Assembly: GCA_958267355.1 (NCBI GenBank)
Contig: OY279575.1
Location: 1,758,295-1,822,294 of the forward strand
Source: an uncultured Alphaproteobacteria bacterium
GTDB lineage: Bacteria > Pseudomonadota > Alphaproteobacteria > JALCBB01
DNA length: 64,000 bases
Direction of reading: 5' to 3'
Below the pieces are notes generated by a model. The model had not been told where the DNA came from. It ran no database searches and saw only the letters and a list, made by a program, of their open reading frames with translations. Numbering within the stretch: position 1 is the stretch's first letter; the number at the start of each line of letters is the position of its first letter. The translations under genes and the position numbers were made by a program. Positions 1-9,113 of this stretch are shown in pieces.

Positions 1-477
1 GGCGGATCCTTCGCCGCACCTCGCGACACCCGACCCGTCATCATCTCCAGTAACTCAGTGCCACCAGGAATGCTCATAGAAGTCAAAGGTGCCATCGTCA
101 CTCTAAAACACTCCTTCGGCGGCGATATCATCGTCGCAGGCGCAGGACAGCACTTCTTCGTCGCCGCCACAGGCCTACAACACGACATCTGCATACGACT
201 CGCAACCGAATCCACCGCCAAATCTTCTTCGGGTCTGCGCGGAGTCTACGTCGGACCCACAGGCAACTCCCTCACCGCCAATAGCGCCAACGTCAAACGA
301 ATAGAAGACGCCATCTCCAGTAACTCACGCGGCACTCTAGACTCCACCACAGGTAGCATCTTTATCCCGACCATACAAACTAGCGCAGGGCCAACCAACG
401 TGCCAATCGCTCCAAACTCAGCCGACCAAGCCTGCGGCAAAAACAACAACAGAATGATCGCATGGCTGTTGCAGTAA
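1..477 (+). CDS. PilS-like type IVb pilin, 5'-truncated by window edge
   Basis: Frame 1 is open from base 1. Shares VPPG..K..FGG, DICIRLATE and PI.....A..ACG...N...W motifs with the two complete prepilins downstream. Confidence 0.65.
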   Translation, partial: GGSFAAPRDTRPVIISSNSVPPGMLIEVKGAIVTLKHSFGGDIIVAGAGQHFFVAATGLQHDICIRLATESTAKSSSGLRGVYVGPTGNSLTANSANVKRIEDAISSNSRGTLDSTTGSIFIPTIQTSAGPTNVPIAPNSADQACGKNNNRMIAWLLQ

Positions 478-489
478 TGCCTATAATTA

Positions 490-1645
490 CCCTGATTTCT
501 AAGCCGCAAAAGAAAGGGTCAGGGTTAGTCTTTCTCGCAACATTTAATCCGCCCGCTTTTTACGCGCCCTTGCGGGCGCTTTTTGCTCGGCTTTACCCCC
601 CTCGCTTCGCTCGGGGTACGCCAAGCCCGCGGGCTCTTGCCGCCTACGGGGGCGTTCACTCACTTCGTTCGTGGATTGCCTTTCAGGCAATCGGCGTGAC
701 GCTTCGCGTCACGCCCCCACCCATCCCCCCCAAAGTTTGCTACGCAAACTTTGACCCCAGCTTTTTTACGGCGGCTTGCGCCGCCTTTTTGCACGGCTCG
801 GCAAGCTTCGCCACGCGTGCCCGCTCGGCACTTCGTGCCTTCGCGCCCCTAGGGGGGTGAATTATTAGATGTCCGTCTAAAAGAAAAAAAGAAAAGAGAA
901 TATAAGTCCAGCCCCTATGGGGGCGGCTAATTAATTAGCCGTGTTCTTAAAAGTAAAAGGGGTAAGGCTAGTTAAGCTTTGGGTGAATAGGAGGTTTCCC
1001 TGCGGGCAACTATTCTTTAATTCCCTCGCGGGCTTCGCCCGCGCTCCCACCCATCCCCCCCAAGCTCACTACGCCACCCTTTATGCACCCTTGCGGGTGC
1101 TTTGCACGGCTCGGCAAGCTCGCCGTGGCGGGCTTGTGAGCTTGACCCCAGCTTTTTTACGGCGGCTTGCGCCGCCTTTTTGCGTGGCTCGGCAAGCTTC
1201 GCCACGCGTGCCCGCTCGGCACTTCGTGCCTTCGCGCCCCTAGGGGGGTGTTAATTAGATAATCCCCTCTATATAAAAAAGTAAAACATAGGGAGAGGTA
1301 AAGAAAATAAAGGCAGAAAATTGAGATTAGTGGGATTAACTGGCTCCCATTTTTGAGACGAAGCCCTGTAAAAGCCTAGCCCGCTAGTGAGACAAAGACG
1401 GGGAAGTAGCGGCTTGCCCTGCAGGGGGCGAAGCCCCCGCAGGGTTTGCGCGATTGAGCGCAAACCGCGGGAGACTAACTTTAATAGGACTGCCCACGCC
1501 GCAGGTCGTCCGAAGGTACCGCGAAAACAAAGTTTTCGCGGTACGCGAACGGCGAGATGCGGCAAATAGCCCGCGCAAGCGGGCGGATTAAATGTTGCGA
1601 GAAAGACTAACCCCAACCCATTTTTCTACGGCTTAGAAATCAGGG
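490..1645. mobile_element. Non-coding MITE/REP-mosaic-like segment bounded by ~69-bp imperfect inverted repeats, each flanked by TA
   Basis: 490-558 is the reverse complement of 1577-1645 with 6 mismatches by eye. TA at 488-489 and 1646-1647. Many GC hairpins inside; internal direct repeat ~751-870 vs ~1142-1260; no transposase ORF. Confidence 0.65.
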
Positions 1646-1739
1646 TACTGTGAAGACAGGGAAGAAGACAGGAAACCAAAGCGGGCGACTGCCCTCCTGT
1701 AAGGGGGGTAGGAGACAGCTTTGGCAATTAAGGGGGGGG

Positions 1740-2261
1740 CTATTTGAGTGGGAGAATAAGGCGGCGTTTGTACCTCTTGAGCCGAATAAAACCCGCACGA
1801 AGATAAAATTCTTCCACCTGCTCATCCAGCGCATCAACAACCAAGGCATAAGAAGCCGAGCCTTGGCTTAACCGCGTAGCTCTTCTTACAGCATTGGCAA
1901 GAAATTTTAACCCCATGCCCTTTCCTTGGATTGACCGCTCAAGGGCGAATTGTCCAAGCAGGGTTACAGGAACCTTTCGATCACGGGGCAATTTCTTACC
2001 CAATGCATCGGGTAGGGTGTCCGATTCAATGGACTCATTAGACAAAGTATAAAAACCAAGAATCGTTTGCGGATCATCTGTTGTCACGAGTACATAAACC
2101 CGCGCTAAGCCACGCTCTGCATCTTGGCGGGCAAGCCTTTTGAGGTAATGGTCCAACTTCTCATTGCCAGAGTTAAATTGGCTGCGGTCGTGACCTTTAC
2201 CAAATATCCGTACAACGGGCTGACCCTTTAAACCAAAATCGTTTAAGATTTCTCGTCCCAT
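1740..2261 (-). CDS. GNAT-family acetyltransferase toxin (TacT/AtaT type)
   Basis: HDRSQFNSGNEKLDHYLKRLARQD, GFYTLS, VPVTLLGQFAL...QGKGMG and VVDALD....FY...GF motifs. Confidence 0.85.
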   Translation of the reverse strand: MGREILNDFGLKGQPVVRIFGKGHDRSQFNSGNEKLDHYLKRLARQDAERGLARVYVLVTTDDPQTILGFYTLSNESIESDTLPDALGKKLPRDRKVPVTLLGQFALERSIQGKGMGLKFLANAVRRATRLSQGSASYALVVDALDEQVEEFYLRAGFIRLKRYKRRLILPLK

Positions 2262-2560
2262 TCGCTGATAAACTGTCTGTCGTGGGCTTCAAGAGCAGCG
2301 GTAAGGGCTTCGTTGTAGACAATGGGCTCTTCCATCAGTCTCAAGAAAGCTTTCGTTTCTTCAGCGTCAAGTTTGGTTAAGTTGCGCTCCGAAAAACGCT
2401 TCTTGGCTCGCGGAAAAAGAAACCCCTTAATAACCCGCATAACAGGCCAGCGCGAAGTAACAAGATGGTAGTCCCAACGGGCGCGACGGTGGGCTTTGCG
2501 CTCTTTTTTCTCTTCTGCTTCCGCCTGTTTCTCCCAGGCGTTGTCTGTTGTGCTTACCAT
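2243..2560 (-). CDS. Putative antitoxin, DUF1778/TacA-like C-terminus
   Basis: Lies directly upstream of and overlaps the GNAT gene by 19 bp. C-terminal KLDAEETKAFLRLMEEP..YNEALTAAL..H resembles the DUF1778 tail; the N-terminus is atypical. Confidence 0.6.
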   Translation of the reverse strand: MVSTTDNAWEKQAEAEEKKERKAHRRARWDYHLVTSRWPVMRVIKGFLFPRAKKRFSERNLTKLDAEETKAFLRLMEEPIVYNEALTAALEAHDRQFISEWDEKS

Positions 2561-2639
2561 TGTGGAAAAACTCCGTGTTGGGGTAGGGATAAGGCTAATT
2601 TAGGCGGAAGGCAGGAGGGGCGTCAATTTATTACTTTAT

Positions 2640-2785
2640 GTAGCTCAATTAGGCGTTTGGCTGAAATTATGGGGCTTGGGGGCTGGTGGGGGCTTGGCTC
2701 AATTAGCCCTTTGGCTGAAATTATGGGGCGTGGGGGCTGGTGGGGGATACAAGGGCTGGCACGAATGCCCCGCCGCAAGGCGGAA
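2640..2785 (+). repeat. Distal module of the dispersed element (gctcaattag...gaaattatggggc x2; ggcacgaatgcc..cgcaagg)
   Basis: The same modules recur at ~17440-17760 and ~53833-53920. Confidence 0.7.
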
Positions 2786-2788
2786 TTC

Positions 2789-2817
2789 TTGCGGATTTGG
2801 GGGTTTGGTGGTAGAAT
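2789..2817 (+). promoter_or_regulatory. Putative sigma70 promoter of the pilin operon
   Basis: TTGCGG-17 bp-TAGAAT with TG extension, ~70 bp before the pilin start. Confidence 0.5.
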
Positions 2818-2886
2818 TCAGGCGGTTGGGAATATCCGCCATTTTAGGCAGATTCTAGTGAAAATAAGCCTGTAAGCCAGATTTCC

Positions 2887-3582
2887 GTGAAAATGCAACT
2901 CTCTTCTATGCCTCTTATGCCTCTGCTCCGCAGAAAAGGCTCAAAGCCGCGTGGCTCACGCCGAGCAGGTGTCACGCTGCTCGAAGCCATCGGATTCCTT
3001 ACCGTCGCGACCATCATCATTGCCTCCACGCTCGGAATCTATGAACAAGCCCAGCTACAACTGCGAACCCACAGAACCATCACCGCTGTCGCCATGATGC
3101 ATACCATCGTACGCGGACTCTACGCCAATAGCGTAGAATTCGGCAAAAATATAGACGAAGATATGCACAATATTCTCGTAGATGCCAACGGTATCTCTCA
3201 CGGAATGCTAATAGAAGCCGCTGGAACCAATATGTACGAAATCCGTACCGCCTTCGGCGGACTCGTGCGACTCCGAGTCGGCTCGCGAACCGCCGCCGCC
3301 ACCACAGGAGGCGAAAAAATCAACTTCTTCATCGCCGCCGAAGACCTAGACACAGATGTTTGCATCAATATCTCAACCCAAGCTGTCGGTGCCGCTTTCT
3401 ATGGACTAAAATCTTTCCTCATCAATGATCAAGTCTTCCTACGCGGCACAGGTGGCGTAGATCCGCCCGCCTACACAGGCGCACCGCACTTTCCCGTTTC
3501 GCCCGCTCGTGCCTCCACGGAATGCACCACTTCTGGCGGGGGGATTAAACGCGATAATGTCCTGACTTGGAATTATCAATGA
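2887..3582 (+). CDS. Type IVb major pilin-like protein (PilS-like)
   Basis: Long basic leader, RRAG|VTLLE prepilin cleavage site, hydrophobic helix, FGG motif, two C-terminal Cys. Confidence 0.75.
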   Translation: MKMQLSSMPLMPLLRRKGSKPRGSRRAGVTLLEAIGFLTVATIIIASTLGIYEQAQLQLRTHRTITAVAMMHTIVRGLYANSVEFGKNIDEDMHNILVDANGISHGMLIEAAGTNMYEIRTAFGGLVRLRVGSRTAAATTGGEKINFFIAAEDLDTDVCINISTQAVGAAFYGLKSFLINDQVFLRGTGGVDPPAYTGAPHFPVSPARASTECTTSGGGIKRDNVLTWNYQ

Positions 3583-4304
3583 TGGCGCAGACTCACTTTC
3601 ATAACCTTCATAGCGTCCGTGGCGTTCATAGCGTCTCGAGCAAGAAGCGGCAGGGCGTAACCCTGCTAGAGTTCATCGGTGTGCTTGTCGTTAGCATAAT
3701 CGTTATCTCTACTGCCATCGCTCTGCTGGATCATTTGGATAATCGTCGCCGCCTAAGCCAAGCCATAGATGGATACCAACTCCTCGCCCACAAAATAGAC
3801 AAGATAGATCTGCGCAACGTCTATCCAGACCCCACGGACCGCACCAAAAAGCTTTTCACAGACGCGGGCACAAAAGAACTTATCGGCTCCGCGAATTTTG
3901 TGCCGCCAGGGTTTTCCTACGAAATGGTCGGCACCGACCGCGTCTTCAAAGACCCCTTCGGCAATAGCATCGCCTTGCAGTCCGTGGATAAAACGCTCAG
4001 TGCCGCGACCCTAGCAAGTCCAGCACAGTGGCGGCACCTAGAACTCGCCATCACAAACGTCAAACAAGATATTTGCATACAGCTCGCCACCGAACTCAGC
4101 TGGGCAAATAACGCCCAACTCGCCGCCATTCTTGTTGAACATGGCGCAGGGCCTACCATCACAACCTTCACTCCCGCCACAGGAACGCTAAAACTCGACC
4201 CCGTGCCCGCGACAACCTTTCCGATACAAGCCTCCGCCGCCAACACAGCCTGCGGCACAAGCGGCAATACCCTACGCTGGCAGTTCGTCAAAGGTCCCGT
4301 ATAA
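3579..4304 (+). CDS. Type IVb major pilin-like protein (PilS-like)
   Basis: KRQG|VTLLE prepilin motif; DPFG, DICIQLATE, ACG..N. ATGA overlap with the upstream gene. Confidence 0.75.
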   Translation: MMAQTHFHNLHSVRGVHSVSSKKRQGVTLLEFIGVLVVSIIVISTAIALLDHLDNRRRLSQAIDGYQLLAHKIDKIDLRNVYPDPTDRTKKLFTDAGTKELIGSANFVPPGFSYEMVGTDRVFKDPFGNSIALQSVDKTLSAATLASPAQWRHLELAITNVKQDICIQLATELSWANNAQLAAILVEHGAGPTITTFTPATGTLKLDPVPATTFPIQASAANTACGTSGNTLRWQFVKGPV

Positions 4305-4324
4305 TTTGCTATAATTGGCTCGTC

Positions 4325-4470
4325 CAAGAAAAGCTCAAGATAAAGCCCGAGAAAAACCCAAGATAAAGCCCAAGATAAAGCCCAAGAGAAAAACCCAAGA
4401 TAAAGCCCAAGAAAAACCCAAGATAAAGCCCAAGAAAAACCCAAGAGAAAAACCCAAGATAAAGCCCAGA
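4325..4470. repeat. Degenerate tandem array, 11-13 bp (aagataaagccc / aagaaaaaccc)
   Basis: Directly visible periodicity. Confidence 0.85.
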
Positions 4471-4474
4471 CAAT

Positions 4475-7246
4475 ATGATCCACGCAAGCCCGCATATCGC
4501 AACTGTGCCTGACAATGTTTCAGGACATGGGGTTTCTGCGCCTTGGGTTTCTAAAGGGCGGGTTTCTGCGTGTCGGGTTTCTAAAGGGCGGGTTTCTAAA
4601 CGGCGGGGCTTGTCGCTGATAGAAGTTATCTTCGCCGCCGCCATCGCCGTTATTGGCTTGGCAATGTTCGTGCCGCTCCTTGCCGAGCGCGACGCCACAG
4701 AAGACCTGCATGTCACCGCCGAAATTATGCGCGCCCACGCCCGCACAGCTTCTAACCTTGCTGTCTCCGACCTGCCAATGTTCGGACGACCCAACGACCC
4801 GGGCAATCCGCTTGCCGCCACCACCGACGCAGATGGCGAGTCCGTTGTGGATGATATTAACTTCTTGCCATACTCGCTTCTGCGAGCTGTCCTGACCTGC
4901 ATGGATGCCTCAAGTAAAGCCCAATCAGGCGCACACAATATTCGCGAAGGCGTGCGTGAGTATCCGTCAGACGATGCCGCACTCGTGCTCTACAACGAAG
5001 ACAGAGTAGAACTGCCCGATGGCTCAGGGAATTACCACGAAAGTCTGCTCACCCTTGTCGCCCAAGGGCGTGCCCTAGACGCTGAACCCGCCGCCCGCAA
5101 CCGCGTGCTAACCGACGCCGCCCGCAGAAACCTAGACCGCTACGATTCAATTTGGCGACTCATGTCGTCTCATTGCACTTTCTTCTCCGCGCTGGACGGG
5201 AATAATAATCCTGACGCCGCCACCCTTGAAACCGACGAGCTGAAAATCGCTTGGTCAACGGGCGATGTCGTGCCAAGCGGAACAGGTGTCCAATATGGAA
5301 CCTTCCGTTGCGTAGATGCCGCCTATCTAGACGATCAAGGAAAAATCTGGACTCCAGGGTCGCCAAACCGTATTGACACGCCCGCCGTGCTGGTCGGAGG
5401 CGGTAGCGCCACTTCAGGGCGGGTGCGCTTCGTGGAAATCGATCCTGATACCTGCATCGGGGCGCGACTCCTTGCCGATGCCGCTGGCGGTATCCACTGG
5501 AAATCTTCGCTCGGGCTGGACGACCAAGGAAACGACGCTCGCGTCGCCTTCTACATCGGGTTTGAAGACGCCGATAGAGCCATAGAAGCCGCCATCCAAC
5601 TCGGCAATGGCGGACAAGTCGCCGATACCTTCGCTAACATCTCCGTCGACTCAGCCTACAAGCTCAAGGTCTATGTCGTGCCTCTGCGCTATAGCGCACA
5701 AGCCCACGCCGCACCACTGGCACGGAAAATCGGACCGTCAGCCCTAATCGCGTCTCGCGGGGATTATCACTCGTCGTCTCCGTCACCGCGTCCAAGTGCG
5801 CCCATTGCCTTTCGGAATCCGTTCAGCCAGACACCCATCAGAAACACTTTTATTCCGTGGCCGTTGAAAGATCCGACTGCTTCCAGTCCAGAGCTTTTAA
5901 TCCGCGAGAATGCAGTGGTTATAGACTCGGCAAACTTTGAAAGCAGAACCGCCAACGCTTGGCTCGCCAGCTTTGTCGGCGAGCGGCGGTCTTCTGAAGC
6001 ATCGGGAATTCCCGCCAATGCGATTACCCTCGGGCACTCGGTCTATCACACGACCAATCAGTCGGGCAACGCAGTCGCGGCACGGACTCTACGCAACGAA
6101 GATAACCGCTACGATATTTCAGGCTTCTCCACGCACTTAGCAGGACACGGAAAGCGTCTGATGGATGGCGACACAGCAGGTTTGGGAACTGCAAACCTGC
6201 CGCCACGGAATAATCCTGCCCGCAAGCCGCCAAACGTTGATGCTACCGCGCTTCCCTTGTCGGCGGGTTTGCTCATCGGCACGGCTATGACCAATGCAAC
6301 CGATCTTCATGTAGGCACTACAGGTGGAAACTTGTGGCGCAAGTTTGGTGTTCAAACTGCGGCAGAAGGCCCAAACAATGTCTCGCGCCTCTGGCCACGC
6401 CTTTTGGATGTCGGCTCCGAGCATGAGCCTGTGAGAAGGCTCACAATCCGCGATGATGCAGTCTTCTCGCAGTTGCGGGTGGAACCCGGGGCGCAGGTGC
6501 GGGTGCTTGGCAGAATCGCAGTCGGGGTTTCGTGCGAAGAGTTGGCGGGAGCTTCCAAAGGCTTAGGTGCTGCCCTTACGCAAAAACAAATCGGACAATT
6601 AGAAGGCGAGACAGCTGCGTCGCGAAATCCTGCTCTGGCAAACCCATCCCCTGTTTTAAGTTCGGTTGCCAATCGCTATTCGCCCCTCTGCCACGATGGT
6701 CGCAGCCCCAGCACGACTCCTTCTGCTACGGTTGCCGATGCCGCACCGCAAGCCGCCGAAGTTTCTGCCAATCTTCCCTATCGCGGCTTCTATATGCAAC
6801 CGCACAATAGAGACATTGATTTGGGAACCCACTTCTCCGTCTATACGCGGCAGATTCAGGTTGAAGACGGGGCGGCTTTGGCACTAAGTGTGCGCAAACC
6901 GAACCCCTTCGGTACTGGCGATGTAACAGGTGTGACAGATACCACGGACCACAATATCTTCAAGTACAAAGACTGCCTTTTGGATGACGAAGGCGACTCG
7001 CCAGGTATACCAGGAACGCCGACCAATACGTGGGCTAAAGACCCAGATACTATAACCATCGGCGGCCTCGAATATGATGGTACTAAGGTAGGCAACTTCC
7101 AGATTGCGCGGGGTGCTCCAGAACCTGTTGCGAATAGAGACCCCTTCATACATTCATCAAGAACCCTTACAAGACCCTCCACTGGTGCTTTAAATCCCCC
7201 AGGAGTCATAAGTGGTGTTAAAGAACAAAATGTCTGCCCTAACTAA
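4475..7246 (+). CDS. Large prepilin-signal protein (minor pilin / PilV-like adhesin), 923 aa
   Basis: KRRG|LSLIE class III signal plus hydrophobic helix; long Gly/Thr/Asp-rich body with scattered Cys. Confidence 0.65.
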   Translation: MIHASPHIATVPDNVSGHGVSAPWVSKGRVSACRVSKGRVSKRRGLSLIEVIFAAAIAVIGLAMFVPLLAERDATEDLHVTAEIMRAHARTASNLAVSDLPMFGRPNDPGNPLAATTDADGESVVDDINFLPYSLLRAVLTCMDASSKAQSGAHNIREGVREYPSDDAALVLYNEDRVELPDGSGNYHESLLTLVAQGRALDAEPAARNRVLTDAARRNLDRYDSIWRLMSSHCTFFSALDGNNNPDAATLETDELKIAWSTGDVVPSGTGVQYGTFRCVDAAYLDDQGKIWTPGSPNRIDTPAVLVGGGSATSGRVRFVEIDPDTCIGARLLADAAGGIHWKSSLGLDDQGNDARVAFYIGFEDADRAIEAAIQLGNGGQVADTFANISVDSAYKLKVYVVPLRYSAQAHAAPLARKIGPSALIASRGDYHSSSPSPRPSAPIAFRNPFSQTPIRNTFIPWPLKDPTASSPELLIRENAVVIDSANFESRTANAWLASFVGERRSSEASGIPANAITLGHSVYHTTNQSGNAVAARTLRNEDNRYDISGFSTHLAGHGKRLMDGDTAGLGTANLPPRNNPARKPPNVDATALPLSAGLLIGTAMTNATDLHVGTTGGNLWRKFGVQTAAEGPNNVSRLWPRLLDVGSEHEPVRRLTIRDDAVFSQLRVEPGAQVRVLGRIAVGVSCEELAGASKGLGAALTQKQIGQLEGETAASRNPALANPSPVLSSVANRYSPLCHDGRSPSTTPSATVADAAPQAAEVSANLPYRGFYMQPHNRDIDLGTHFSVYTRQIQVEDGAALALSVRKPNPFGTGDVTGVTDTTDHNIFKYKDCLLDDEGDSPGIPGTPTNTWAKDPDTITIGGLEYDGTKVGNFQIARGAPEPVANRDPFIHSSRTLTRPSTGALNPPGVISGVKEQNVCPN

Positions 7247-9098
7247 TCTCGCGTCTCGCACTTCTGGTGCGTCCGCCCATCGCGTGGATGGCTACATCTG
7301 CGGCAACGGGCAAGCCCCGCATTGCACCCGTACTCGCCGCTCCCGCAGGGGCTTCTCCCGCAGGGGCTTCACCATGTTGGAAGTACTAGGCGCCTTGGCA
7401 ATTGCCTCCATTATGTTGGTAACCCTAACTTGGGTTCAGCTCGGCGGAGCCGCTTCCTACTCAGAGCGTGTAGATGAACGCCGCGCCCAATACATCGCCA
7501 GCGTTATGCGACAGGTCTTTGAAGCCGAACGCGGACGCGTACTCAACGATTACCAAGAACACAGCTTCCTCGCACATATGGGCTTAAACGGCGAGGCAAC
7601 AACTCTGCCCGACGAGCAAATCTACGACCCCACCGACCCCAATGGCGGTGCAGCAGGTGTCGCAGTCGGCTTAAACGGAAATAACATTGATGATTTTGAA
7701 GAACTCGTCCCGCGCTCAGGAGTCAATTTCTCAGCCCGCCGCGAAGGCGCAACTTCACCGCGTGAAATCCAACCCACAGGAGCAACGCTGGCAAGCCAAG
7801 GCTATATGCCGCTCGGACACTCCACAGGGCTAGACCCACAGGCTCTAGGCGAAGCCGCAGGCGCACCCCTGCCCCTCAGTATCTATTACGGACGGATTCG
7901 CCCCGATGCCCTCGTCAGCGGACTCTGCGAACCAGGCGTAAGCACAGTCAATAGCGATGGCGCAGGTGCCTCTGGCAAATGCAAAGCCGAAACCTACGCA
8001 CATAGCACAGGACGCGCAGGAGCAAATGTTTTTAGTGACACAACCATAGATCCCGAATTTGGATATGTGCCAGCAAATAACCCAGGAGCAATCACACCAC
8101 TGGGTATTTCTATGCGCCTAACTGCAGCTGTTGATGCAGGGTGCGCCTCTGTCTCGGTTGTCTGCGCAGACCAGATGGTCTTCCCGTTCTTGGGCTACTA
8201 CGGCACCCAAGGAACAAGCAAAAAAGTCGTCGTCACAGACGACACAGCATTAGCCATCGTCGTCAAAACCAACTTCACAAGCGCACAAATTCCAAGCGAA
8301 CGAGTCTTGCGACGGGTAGCAGAATTGCTCGCCCCCTACGGCGGCTACGGCTTACACAGCGACCACAGCTCAGAAGCCCTAGCATACTACGCCTGCCTAC
8401 CCCACATGACCGACTTTGAAGGCACGCGCAATGGCTTCTGCAGCTCAACGCCGCCGAACATCTATAAGCCCTCCAACACGCCAACCGAAAGCGCAATCGT
8501 CGGCGGCAGATTGGCATGGCGATACCTCGCTAAAGAATTACCCCTGCGCGATGCAGGGAAAACCCTTTTCTCCACAACCGATTCCGCCACGCCACCAACG
8601 CCGCAGACAGCAACAATTTCTACAGCCCACCCCCTGCAGGTGCAAGGACAACTCTTTATGGTCGGACTCTTCGGGCGACGCAATTCCGTTCAACACGCAC
8701 TGGAAGTCGCCAGCTTTGACGCCCTATCAGAAGAAGGAGACGGACCCACACTCTACTTCAGCGGCGATGGCGGCTTCGTAGATGCTCCCACAAGCGAAGT
8801 CGACTCAGGCGAAGTCGCAGGACGCAACATCGGATTCGTCTTCAGCCAAGATGTCACCATTGAAGGGGATCTGGTCGTCCAAAGCGACGCCGTTATCGCC
8901 GCCCCCGCCCGTGTGCTCATCCCCGACGCAGAACTAGACCTAGAAGGCGGCGCATTCTTCGCAGGAAGACCACACGGCAACGCGGCTTTCCGTAGAGACG
9001 AAATCTACCCCTTCCCCAACATCTATGTCACAGGCGGTGTAAACGGAAACCTGCCCAACTACGACGCCCGCATACGCCTAGAGTTTTTGGCTGACTAA
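7230..9098 (+). CDS. Large prepilin-signal protein (PilV-like)
   Basis: RRG|FTMLE motif; internal 'VAELLAPYGGYG' similar to the next gene's 'AEHLGDKGGYG'. Confidence 0.7.
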   Translation: MSALTNLASRTSGASAHRVDGYICGNGQAPHCTRTRRSRRGFSRRGFTMLEVLGALAIASIMLVTLTWVQLGGAASYSERVDERRAQYIASVMRQVFEAERGRVLNDYQEHSFLAHMGLNGEATTLPDEQIYDPTDPNGGAAGVAVGLNGNNIDDFEELVPRSGVNFSARREGATSPREIQPTGATLASQGYMPLGHSTGLDPQALGEAAGAPLPLSIYYGRIRPDALVSGLCEPGVSTVNSDGAGASGKCKAETYAHSTGRAGANVFSDTTIDPEFGYVPANNPGAITPLGISMRLTAAVDAGCASVSVVCADQMVFPFLGYYGTQGTSKKVVVTDDTALAIVVKTNFTSAQIPSERVLRRVAELLAPYGGYGLHSDHSSEALAYYACLPHMTDFEGTRNGFCSSTPPNIYKPSNTPTESAIVGGRLAWRYLAKELPLRDAGKTLFSTTDSATPPTPQTATISTAHPLQVQGQLFMVGLFGRRNSVQHALEVASFDALSEEGDGPTLYFSGDGGFVDAPTSEVDSGEVAGRNIGFVFSQDVTIEGDLVVQSDAVIAAPARVLIPDAELDLEGGAFFAGRPHGNAAFRRDEIYPFPNIYVTGGVNGNLPNYDARIRLEFLAD

Positions 9099-9113
9099 CC
9101 GCCGATAAACAAA

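Noticed and set aside
42..327. 16-bp direct repeat catctccagtaactca (42-57, 312-327) as a recombination site
   Set aside because: Only two in-frame copies within one gene, not seen in the other pilins; insufficient support.
490..560. Integron attC site
   Set aside because: No RYYYAAC...GTTRRRY bracketed imperfect palindrome and no integrase; copies follow core genes.
462..1616. Short ORFs (462-860, 941-1243, 1269-1616 and others) as genes or a transposase
   Set aside because: They are translations of the hairpin repeat, recurring at 53528-53854, and show no DDE or HUH motif.
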